A stretch of DNA of 63,961 bases, the filler included, from Stramenopiles sp. TOSAG23-3 (Eukaryota), in assembly GCA_900128585.1 (NCBI GenBank). It is 13 parts of 13 records of this genome, joined end to end, with 100 filler letters (N's around TTAATTAATTAA, not from the genome) between each part and the next. Parts side by side here need not be neighbours in the genome. Positions count along the whole stretch, not along the records: positions 14,571 to 21,753 come from LT643192.1; positions 21,854 to 29,014 come from LT643193.1; positions 29,115 to 36,274 come from LT643194.1; 10 more parts are not named here. One strand, given 5' to 3'. A model generated the notes under the pieces. The model searched no databases. It was not told the DNA's origin and saw nothing but the letters and a program-made list of their open reading frames with translations. Position numbers and translations under genes: made by a program. Below, one piece after another: positions 19,488 to 29,116 of this stretch. Position 1 is the stretch's first letter, and each line of letters opens with the position of its first letter.

Positions 19488-21437
19488 TTACAGTTCCGGC
19501 TTTGCCCCATCACCAAGTTTCTGACGCTCTTCTTCGTCTTCCAACACCTTTCTTCGAGCCCTCTCCCGCTTCAAGCTGGACTTATCTTCGTGGGGGTCGC
19601 CGAAGGGGTTAAACGGAAAGCGTTCGGGAAAGTAGGTCCTCTCGACCTCTTCGCGAAAACGGTAGTGGTTGCTGTCCTCTGGGGGATCTAGCTCTTTGCC
19701 GCTATCGTACTGCTTTCGTCGCTCCTCGTCGCTCAGCGTTTGGTGCGCTTCGGCCACTTGCTGGAACGCCGCGTTGCTCCCACCGTTCTTGTCGGGGTGG
19801 TACTTGATGCTCATGCGACGGTACTGTTTTTTCAGTTCCTCCGGGGTAAAATCAACAAGGAGTTCCAACAAAGAGTAGTGCGAGGCAGTCCTCCACTTTT
19901 CCGAGTGCTTCTTTTCTTGCTTCGCCAAAAGTGCTTTCCCCTTCGCTTCGCGCCCCTGCACTATTTCCTCCCGGCGTGCTTGCAGGTCTCGGGATTTCTC
20001 GTGCTCTTTGCTGTTCACCATGACTTCCTGCTGGAGGATGGACTCTCGGACCTTGCTCTCCCAGAGCATCCTGCACTTGGCGCCGCAAGAAAACACTTCG
20101 TGCTGGCAGCCGCTTTCCATGTGCCGCTTCGGGAAAGTCGAAAATATGGGATCGCTCCTCTCTACCCCGCTCACTTCGCGACATTCGCAGTAACCCGATG
20201 CGCCGTTTTCGATCATCATGTTGCACGGCTGGTCGAACGCGGGCTCGCGTGGTCCCGTCTTCCCGTCGCATGCCCCCGTTTGCCGCCAACCAATGCAGTA
20301 CGCTGTCTCGGTGTCCTCCAAGGTGACAACCTTCCCGATTTCTTCCCCTGCCCGTTTTTCTCGCTCCATGGAAACCTTTGCCATAATTATCATCTTGTCC
20401 AAGTTCTCTTTTGCGCGGTCCAGCTTCAGCACTTGATCGAACTGGTCAAGAGCCGCCTTGTAGTCCGCCGCGTCCATCAGGGTCACCCCGAGCTGAAAGT
20501 AAGCGTCGACGTACCGAGGAAACATGGCCGTAGCACGCTGCAAGGAAGAGACGGCTTCGTCGAACTGGTGCATCTTTCGGCAGCACTCGGCCAGGTTTAC
20601 CAGGTGCAACGCAATCGCCCAATTGTTCAGTCGGTGGTCGACCGCAAGGGCATTGTAGCCGAGGGCGTCCCGGAATAGTTTTGCGGCTTCCTCGTAGTTT
20701 TCTTTCTCGAAATCGTTAAAGGCCTTCCAAGAGTGTTCCTGGGCAAACTGAATCTCGCTCCGTGGAGGCGGGTTGTTGTTCATGTGTGGCGCGTTCCCGG
20801 AAAGCGCACGTTTCTTTCGGTAACTGTCGTAACGTTCCTGGTTCCGTAGCTTCTCGAGCATATCTTTGTCCAGCACTGCAATCAGCTGCCACGGCAATTG
20901 TTCCATATCATCTTCGTACTTTGACGCAAGCGATTTCTCAAAACTTTCGGGGGCCCGACGTCCGCTGTTCGGCGCCCTACGGTGGACGTGCTCCCAACGC
21001 TGCCCGCTGCCGGGAATGTACGTCGCGCCAGAGTGGCCGAACCGGTCGTTTCCGTAAGGGTCCATGATCACCCATTCAGTATCCTTCCCACCCACGGGCG
21101 TGTAGTCGTCGCTCGGCCCTTTGACCATGGCCATCATCCAGCCATTACGGTCATGCCGGTAGGCAAGGTGGAACTCTTGGTGAATCGTAGCGAGTTGAAT
21201 CGAATTCACCCTGCCGTACAGGCCGTTCATCTCCTCAATCGAACTTCCGCCTAGGAAAAAACCGACCGCGGGGTCTTGGACACGGACGTAACCGCCATGC
21301 CGCCGACGCCCACCCCCCGTGTGGGGGACCATACCCCCTGGTCCTACCATCCCACCCGACGCTGATGATAGTGGGGCGTAAAAGAGAGAAAATACCACAA
21401 TAGCCACGCAGACGTTTTGCACTCCATTGGCAACCAT
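19488..21437 (-). CDS. Secretory-pathway TPR and J-domain co-chaperone (DNAJC3-like layout) with an inserted Cys-rich module
   Basis: Hydrophobic N-terminus from MVANG (21437), TPR helices, CIGWRQTGAC...SGYCEC module, J domain with KYHPDKN, C-terminal KPEL. Confidence 0.85.
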   Translation of the reverse strand: MVANGVQNVCVAIVVFSLFYAPLSSASGGMVGPGGMVPHTGGGRRRHGGYVRVQDPAVGFFLGGSSIEEMNGLYGRVNSIQLATIHQEFHLAYRHDRNGWMMAMVKGPSDDYTPVGGKDTEWVIMDPYGNDRFGHSGATYIPGSGQRWEHVHRRAPNSGRRAPESFEKSLASKYEDDMEQLPWQLIAVLDKDMLEKLRNQERYDSYRKKRALSGNAPHMNNNPPPRSEIQFAQEHSWKAFNDFEKENYEEAAKLFRDALGYNALAVDHRLNNWAIALHLVNLAECCRKMHQFDEAVSSLQRATAMFPRYVDAYFQLGVTLMDAADYKAALDQFDQVLKLDRAKENLDKMIIMAKVSMEREKRAGEEIGKVVTLEDTETAYCIGWRQTGACDGKTGPREPAFDQPCNMMIENGASGYCECREVSGVERSDPIFSTFPKRHMESGCQHEVFSCGAKCRMLWESKVRESILQQEVMVNSKEHEKSRDLQARREEIVQGREAKGKALLAKQEKKHSEKWRTASHYSLLELLVDFTPEELKKQYRRMSIKYHPDKNGGSNAAFQQVAEAHQTLSDEERRKQYDSGKELDPPEDSNHYRFREEVERTYFPERFPFNPFGDPHEDKSSLKRERARRKVLEDEEERQKLGDGAKPEL

Positions 21438-21853
21438 CGTCGAAAACAGACCCCTTCCTAGTGTATACACTATATATACAAATCCGTTCGTTCGTACCAC
21501 ACAAGAGGCTTCGCCCGAAGAAACGGTATGACTTTTCCTCCCAACACTGCTTAAATAGTCATTCAAAAATTCTTATAATTATATAATAAAAGTAAAAAGT
21601 ATTATCTTCACACTCCGTCCCACCACCCCCTCCCGGGATCAATCATTCCAAAAAATCACCCCATATCTTCTTTCGTTCGTTCTTCTTCTTCTTCTTTTTT
21701 TTTTCTTGCTATATATATTATAATTATATAGAGAAAGAAGAAGAAGAACAAGANNNNNNNNNNNNNNNNNNNNNNNNNNNNNNNNNNNNNNNNNNNNTTA
21801 ATTAATTAANNNNNNNNNNNNNNNNNNNNNNNNNNNNNNNNNNNNNNNNNNNN

Positions 21854-24788
21854 CCTCTTCCTCTCCACCACTTCCACCGCTACTCCCAGTGGGCATGCTT
21901 GGCTCGACCCCCATACTGACTGCAACCAGGCCATCGTTACCAATCTGATGTATCTCAATGTTTTGGCTTGGGGCAGCAATTCTTTCTTCACCATTTGTGC
22001 TGCCTCCGCTACCAGCGCTGATACCAAGCACGCTATTATTTTCGTACTGCTGGTTTATAACTTCCGGCTCTTCCCCAAACCGTTCCAGCTGCAAACTTCG
22101 AGACGCGCCGCTGCTTGCGGTGGAATACGGCGCTTGATGAATGGGAGTTCCCCCTGCAGTGCCATCGTTCCGGCTGCTCGCGGCGGACTGCTGCCTAGAT
22201 CTACGGGCAGACCTTGCACTGTTCATGTTTTCGCTTGATCCGCTGCTTGCGGGAATGTAGGGCGTTGGGTTTTGCTCCGGAACACTGGACCTTTCGGCTT
22301 CGGCGCTTCTGTCTTCTATTTCTGGTATTTGCTGCATCTGAACCGTCTCTTCGCTGCCTCCACTTCCCGCATTGGGTGAATTGTGCAATTCCAAGCCTTC
22401 ACCGTACTCTGTGCCGTGGACTCTTTCCGAAGCGGTGTTAATTGAATCGCGAACGTCATGAAAATGTCTAGTACGTTCCACTTGACTGAATGAGGTAAGG
22501 GGCACAGCGGCGTCTACGCTTTGCAACTCTTCAGGATAGTCTTGGCCCGCTGCTTCTCCATTGGTAGATGCGGTGGTTTGCGGTGCTGGTTCGGTTTCTT
22601 CCTCCTTCGCTGTATTCCGCAATATGTGTCGTTTTGGCGTCATTGCTGTTCCAATAGACTTTTTTTCTTCAAAAAAAGGTTGTCTTGCTGGACTATGATT
22701 GTATGGTAACCCGTCAAGAGACCCTGCGTCCGTACTGATCGAGGCATCGGTGAATCGTCTCGTTTGTGCTGACGAGCTGCTTGTATATCCAACACTGTTG
22801 CCAGCTGCAGTATCGTTACCACATGGGGCTTTCCTACTCACAGAAGATTGGGGGAGCTTCGATCCAAGGAGCGAATCAGGAACCAATTGGTGCTGCTCTG
22901 GTGGAAGCCGATCGTCTGCCCCAAGGGGTGGTGTGGACGAAATCTGCACGGTCCCCGTGGTTTCTTTCTGGTCACCCTGCCTATTGTTGAAACTTGCAAT
23001 GGCCTGTTCCCGCAAGGCCAGCTCGACTACAACAAGACGAACAATATCGTTGCAGGATACTGGCACGCTCGCTATGCTTGTAAATATGTGTTCGAACAGC
23101 TCACTGACTTTCACCGCGTCGGATTCGTGCCAGAGCAAAAAGTCGCAGTACATTTCAAAAAAACGAGAGTCTGACAACTTCCTCTCGACCGTCTTCAACG
23201 GAAGACATTCCCCCTTCTCCCGAGAAAAAGATTTATACATCGTTTCTAAGCAAACGTTGAATTGCGAAATAAAATCCTCAACTAGAATGTCACCCACAAC
23301 ACGGTCGATGTGACCTTCGGATTCTAGCGACGACGAAGATGCAACCAGTGCTTTTGGGTTCCCCTTGTTCTCCAGCAAAAGCTGGTTTCGCATTTCATGG
23401 ATTCGCTTTTGTAGCATGGGCATGGGCTTTGGGGTTTTCGGCGGTTTCACCCTTGCCCGTGACCGGTTCATCGGCGTCAGTGTTTTTGAAACGACTCCCG
23501 GGACGTGCTGCTCGCTCGGCAAACCACGGGCATGAGGGGCCTTGTTTGGCTTGAACTGTTCAGCATTCACCGAACAAAAACTTTTTTTGCCGGGGCGGTT
23601 ATTTGCATCTTTCGTGCCAAACTCTTTGGTCAACATGGACAGGGCTTGGGAACTGGTAGTCGTTATCCTTGTCTGCTTCGTAGTATCCGCGGGCGCAGAA
23701 GGGGGAACGGATGGCTCAGTCTCTGGCGCGCCTTCCACTTTTTCCAACAAGACTTCGTCATTCGGGAGAGGGTTGGGCGAGCTTGGAAGATTTTCAATCC
23801 TAAAATGTTCAATGTCAGGGGATGAAATGGACAAAGACGAATCGAGGGAAGATGCCACAGACCCATCGAGTCCGTTGTGCAGCGGCACCATAGTGTTTTC
23901 TATTTGCTGGGTGTGCGTGATTCCGTCTAACTTCATTCCTTGTTTAAACTCGTCCAACAAGCTGCTCAGCTTTGACTCTAAGTTCACCTTCAGCCGAGTC
24001 CCCCTTGTTTTTCGGGAATGGTTCTTCACTTTTCTCCTCTTATCCCCGTCTTTCTCTCCCTTGTTTCTTGGGTATGGTACTGGAGGGACGGACGGGGACG
24101 GGGTGCTGCTTCCGTTCGAGGTTGGACTTGGAATGTAACGACTTCGAGATTTTCTAACTTTCTTTTTGACAGAGTCTTCGTAGCTGCCTATGCTGCTGCC
24201 GCTGACGGACGAAATAGTCGACGAGAAGTGCGAGCCTTCAGCGGATCCTAATGATCCTGGCAAAGAGCGCAGCGAACTCGGTGTCGATACGCTGCTGTCA
24301 CTGGGGGAGCTGAACTCGCCAAAGGGTCCCTGGTTATGGCTGAGCATGGTCGGCGACCTTTGGCTGTATTTTCCGTTCGGGGTAGTCGCCCGGTCCTCCG
24401 ACGAAATGTCTGGTAAAGAGTCTGTCGGGGACATTAAATACGACTCTATGTTTTGTTGTGAAAACTCTGTGCTGTATCTGCTCTTCGGGTGCGCCCTATC
24501 GTGGTGGTTGCCGTACGCACTAAACGCCTGTGACGCTGTCGGTCTGGAAAAATGTCCCTCGTCTTCGTTCGAGGGGTGCCCGCTCATGGCCATGTATTTC
24601 TCCAGCTCGTTGACCCAAGGCGTCTCGTGAAAGTGGGCCCTAGGCATGTTCCTTTCCTCGGTAGCCTCCCTTTTTTTTCTAAGTCTTGTTCTTGTTTTGA
24701 GGCTTTTCCTTGGCACTGAAGCTCTGCGGCTCACTCTACTTCCTGGACGGGATTTTTTTCTTCTACCGTCCAAGTCTTTCCCTGGCAT
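21854..24788 (-). CDS. Large Ser-rich, mostly disordered hypothetical protein; 3'-partial
   Basis: About 980 open codons running into the contig end, with basic NLS-like clusters and one central helical segment; no recognised domain. Confidence 0.7.
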
Positions 24789-25600
24789 GGTTTGTGAACG
24801 GTGAGTGGCAACTGGCTGGTTCGTCCAAGAGCTCTCCAAAGTTTCGATGCAGATGAAGGAAATCTCTTTTTTATTACAAATGAAGGCAAAATCTAAACGC
24901 TTTGTAAAAATGTTGATTTAAACAAAAGATGTGCCTGCATATACGTAAACAAAATACAATTTTGTCGCAGTAGCGATGTATCTTACTTCTTCTTTAAAAA
25001 AATAACCAAAAAAACTTTACATGTGGTATTTTATAATAATTATAAAAAATTCCAACAACAACAACTACTTCTCTCAATTAACATACGAATACTATTGTGC
25101 AAAACAATAATCTTCTTAAAAAAATTGTTTTTTTGTTGTTGTTGTTGTTGTGGAATTATTATAAACGACAGTTATAAAAAGTTAATGCTATTACTATATT
25201 ATAAAAATTATTGAAAATTATTATTTATATTGAAATTCTTCCTCTTCGCTATTATTATTTATAATTTAAGGATTGACTCACCCAAAACAAGAACCTCCAT
25301 CATCGTCCTTCTTCTTCTTCGTCTGCTGACATGCTGACATGCTGACATCTGACATTGCTAAGAAGACGACGACGTAATATATCTTCTTCTTCTGCTCATT
25401 TTAGTTGAACTTAGTCTTATTATAGTCGTCTATTTGTGTTGCATTTGTGTTGCGATAATGATAAAATCCAACTCATGATGACGGACGAGAAATCACGTAG
25501 ATAAGTCTTAATAAGATTAATAGTTCGAAGATTGGAGATTTAAAAGATGCAAACAATTGAGCAGACACAAATATAAAGTAAAATTCCACGTACCGGAGCC

Positions 25601-28600
25601 ATGTGTCTGAACAGATGGGGCGTTGTTTGTTACAGCTTTGCATTTCTGCTCGCTACGGTCGACGCGATGATCGACGTGTACGTGGTGCCTCATTCCCACG
25701 ATGATGTGGGGTGGGTGGATACGCTGGACGTAATGTACGACAGTAACCGGACGGGAAACAATACAATAAAGAATATATACGATACTGTCACTGCAGCGTT
25801 GGCTGCCGATAAAAATCGACGTTTCATTTCCGTCGAAATGTACTGGCTTCACCGTTGGTGGACGGATGAACGTACAACCGCGGCGCAAAAGAGTTCGTTT
25901 GCTAGCAGTGTTGATAGGGGGCAGATCGAGTTTGTTACCGGCGGGTGGGTCATGCACGACGAGGCAGTCACGCACTACGAAGCTGACATCAACCAGATGA
26001 CGCTCGGGCATGAATTTATTTCGGAAACGTTTGGGGAGAAACATGCGCCGAGAACGGCGTGGCACATTGACCCGTTCGGTTCGGTCGGAAGCAACGCGGC
26101 GATCTTCGCAAAGATGGCTTTCGATGCGTTCGGGACGAATCGAATCCCCGAAGATATCAAAACAAGATGGGCCAACGAGCAAAGCCTTGACTTTATGTGG
26201 ACAGGAACGCACAGCGATATTTCTAATGACAAAATTTTTACTCATGTGATGGATGCGTATGGGTATTGTCCGCCGAACGTGCCAAGAAATTGGGCATTTT
26301 GGGACGATTACAATTATTGGTTGCCGAAAGGGGGCGAGCCTTCAGTGACGAAGACCAATGTGCACGAATTTGCAGCCAATATATCACACTGGTTTAAGGT
26401 GCAATCTGCCTGGCGGCGCACGGAAAAGCTACTCTGGCCGTTTGGGTGTGACTTAGAAATGCACAACGCCACCCTTCAATTCGACAACATGGACAAAATT
26501 CTGGCGTACATAAACGCGCACACGGAAGAATTTGGAATCACAGTACAGTACAGTACCCTCTCCGAATATTTTAAAGCCCTTAACAAAGTTGAAGGTGTAT
26601 TGTGGCCTGCTCGTGGCCCTGATGATTTTACGTTCCTGCCCTTGGGGAAGCTGGACATCAATCCCCCTATATACAATGCGTCGCTCGAAATGAAATGGTG
26701 GTCGGGATTCTTCACGTCCAGGCCTGTCCTCAAACGGGCAGCGAGATCGGCTGCGTCCGAGCTGTTCGCCGTGGAGCGGTTGATGGTCCAGGCATCCAAG
26801 GGATCTGACATGGAGGTTACCCCCGAACTATTCCAGTTTCGATCGGCTGTCGGAATCGTGCAGCACCATGATGCTCTGCCTGGCACTTGCAGACCATCCG
26901 TGATGGACGAGTATTTGGCCGACCTTTCAAAGGGGAGGAGCAATGGGGGGAACCTGTTGGCAGAAGCGGTCAAATCAATCATGTTTGATGAGAAAGCCCC
27001 CGCAGATATTGTCCTGAATACATCGAAAGCGTATATTCGCAATTTATTGAAGCAAGGCAAAGGGGCGGCCGTTGTCGTGTCAAACCCTTTGGGTTGGTCC
27101 GTCAGCCGTGCTGTTGAACTTGTACTTGCCAACCAGTCTGAAGCGAAGGGGCACTTTCCATTGGCGTGCGTCCAAGTGCAAGATGCAAATGGCGCACTCG
27201 TTCCCTCGCAGTTAGTGACAAACATGTCACAGTCCATCTTCTTTTTCGCACAAAATATTTCCGCGATGGGGTACAGCACCTTTTTCGTGAAACCGGTCGA
27301 CAGAAGCCTGTGCGTACATGAGTCAAGGGAGGTGACGGGCGAGATAGTAGACGTGGAAAACGATATGATAAGCTGGCGGTTTGATGGTACATCCGGGAGA
27401 TTGCTTAATGCACGGACTTCGGCGGGAAAACTCAACTTGAACCTGACAATGGTGCAGTACCCAACCGATGTGTCAAGCGCGTTGAAGGGGGATGCGTACT
27501 CGTGGTGCCCAGCGTCCCCGGCTGCGCCAATATTGACAACCAGCGATTGCAACCCGACCTCAATGGAGGTTATCGACGGCAAAGTAGTATCGCGGCTAAT
27601 TGTCAGTTTCAACAGCAGCCGTTCGCCTTGCATCAATGGTACGTCTTGGTCCACAGTTTACACTGTGTTCAAAGTTGGTTCCGACGAGCAACGGGCAACA
27701 ATCGACGTTGAGATTGTCGTAGGGCCCGATGTTCAGGAAAACAGCGAAGTTGCTGTAAGGATCAAGGCTGGGAACGGGTTGGATCCGAACGGAGAGTTTT
27801 ACTCCGACGAGGGTGGGTTTCACCATCGCAAACGGACCTATGAGGCAGCAAAAGATCGCAATCCATTGAACAATATCGCTGCAAATTTCTACCCTGTCAT
27901 CAGCTCTGCTTTTGTACGGGACGATGCAAAGGATATTCAGTTAACCGGCTTCACTACCTTTACGCACGGGATTACGGGGGCCACCCCAGATGCAACTCTA
28001 GAAATCATGCTGCACCGCACCATAGACAACGGCTTTATCAACCTGAAAGATGTTTCCACAGCGTACACGCGGTTCAAATTCTTGTTAAGCTCGATAGCGC
28101 AGTATAACTCATGGCGCTCCATCATTTCTCAATCGTTAGAGCACCCGCCAACACCTGTGTATAGCAATTTAAGCCCTGCTGATGCAGGAGCGATAAAGCA
28201 CGGAGAATGGAAGCTAGGCTTAGCTCATTTGGTGTACCGCCCGTTGGCGTTTAATTTGCCAAAAAACATTCACATGTTGACTATGGAGGCAGGCCCCGTA
28301 ATTTCCGACGAAAATGCAAGGGTCATTCGCTTTCGCTTGGCTTATTTAGAACCCAGTGTAGGGCTTGCAAAACCTTACGAGGCAATCACTGTGAATGTGA
28401 CGGCTTTGCTAGCCCCATCGTTGCCAATTGTAGCATGGCAGAAGAGAACCCTGAGTGGTGTTATGGAGCTCTCCGCTGGCGATGCTACTCGGATGCATTG
28501 GCCAGTAGACCATGGTGCAACAAGTGGAACAAAAGCGAAACAACAGATCAAAGAGACTAGAACTTCCCATATTGCCCATCCAACCAATGGATGGTCTTCT

Positions 28601-28666
28601 GACCCGTTGGTGGTTTCTTTGGTCCCATTGGACATTGTTACTGTGCACATGAAAACTTCTAACTAA
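25601..28666 (+). CDS. Glycoside hydrolase family 38 alpha-mannosidase (lysosomal/secreted type)
   Basis: Signal peptide, VVPHSHDDVGW, GGWVMHDEA, WHIDPFG (nucleophile), WSGFFTSRP, QHHDALPGT, EIMLHR. Confidence 0.95.
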   Translation: MCLNRWGVVCYSFAFLLATVDAMIDVYVVPHSHDDVGWVDTLDVMYDSNRTGNNTIKNIYDTVTAALAADKNRRFISVEMYWLHRWWTDERTTAAQKSSFASSVDRGQIEFVTGGWVMHDEAVTHYEADINQMTLGHEFISETFGEKHAPRTAWHIDPFGSVGSNAAIFAKMAFDAFGTNRIPEDIKTRWANEQSLDFMWTGTHSDISNDKIFTHVMDAYGYCPPNVPRNWAFWDDYNYWLPKGGEPSVTKTNVHEFAANISHWFKVQSAWRRTEKLLWPFGCDLEMHNATLQFDNMDKILAYINAHTEEFGITVQYSTLSEYFKALNKVEGVLWPARGPDDFTFLPLGKLDINPPIYNASLEMKWWSGFFTSRPVLKRAARSAASELFAVERLMVQASKGSDMEVTPELFQFRSAVGIVQHHDALPGTCRPSVMDEYLADLSKGRSNGGNLLAEAVKSIMFDEKAPADIVLNTSKAYIRNLLKQGKGAAVVVSNPLGWSVSRAVELVLANQSEAKGHFPLACVQVQDANGALVPSQLVTNMSQSIFFFAQNISAMGYSTFFVKPVDRSLCVHESREVTGEIVDVENDMISWRFDGTSGRLLNARTSAGKLNLNLTMVQYPTDVSSALKGDAYSWCPASPAAPILTTSDCNPTSMEVIDGKVVSRLIVSFNSSRSPCINGTSWSTVYTVFKVGSDEQRATIDVEIVVGPDVQENSEVAVRIKAGNGLDPNGEFYSDEGGFHHRKRTYEAAKDRNPLNNIAANFYPVISSAFVRDDAKDIQLTGFTTFTHGITGATPDATLEIMLHRTIDNGFINLKDVSTAYTRFKFLLSSIAQYNSWRSIISQSLEHPPTPVYSNLSPADAGAIKHGEWKLGLAHLVYRPLAFNLPKNIHMLTMEAGPVISDENARVIRFRLAYLEPSVGLAKPYEAITVNVTALLAPSLPIVAWQKRTLSGVMELSAGDATRMHWPVDHGATSGTKAKQQIKETRTSHIAHPTNGWSSDPLVVSLVPLDIVTVHMKTSN

Positions 28667-28740
28667 AAAAACAGAAGGGGGTAACATATGTACGTACCGT
28701 AGTGAATTATTAATCAAACATCAACACACGTTAACCCTAA

Positions 28741-28855
28741 ACGGGGAGGTTGTTGGTGCCTATGCGTGGCCCCGTGCCATGCCATCTATAGCGACGATGG
28801 TGGCCAGACGTGGGCAAAAGCACGTGGGGCGATGTCGAACGGGGGCGAGTGTCAT
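28741..28855 (+). pseudogene. Isolated sialidase (GH33/BNR Asp-box) gene fragment with a frameshift
   Basis: TGRLLVPMRG, then in the +1 frame PCHAIYSDDGGQTWAKARGAMSNGGEC. Asp-box SxDxGxTW with the GRLLVP and EC neighbours typical of sialidases; preceded by a stop. Confidence 0.65.
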
Positions 28856-28936
28856 ATGTGGAAATCTATTGAGTTTTAAAAAAAACAGAATTATATTATA
28901 ATGCTTTAAGACTCTCGTTTTATTAATCATATAAAA

Positions 28937-29014
28937 AAAACAAGAAAATTGGCTGTTATTTATAAGTAATTAAATTTAGCTTCGTCGTACCCTAATCCTA
29001 ACTTGATTCTGTAA
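28937..29014 (-). mobile_element. Dispersed repeat family, terminal segment (contig breaks inside it)
   Basis: aaaacaagaaaattggctgttatttataagtaattaaattta...ccctaatcctaacttgat matches 31678-31765. Confidence 0.8.
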
Positions 29015-29116
29015 NNNNNNNNNNNNNNNNNNNNNNNNNNNNNNNNNNNNNNNNNNNNTTAATTAATTAANNNNNNNNNNNNNNNNNNNNNNNNNNNNNN
29101 NNNNNNNNNNNNNNGT

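Noticed and set aside
25324..25356. (tgctgaca)n short tandem repeat upstream of the mannosidase
   Set aside because: About four 8-bp units; there is no evidence of function beyond simple slippage.
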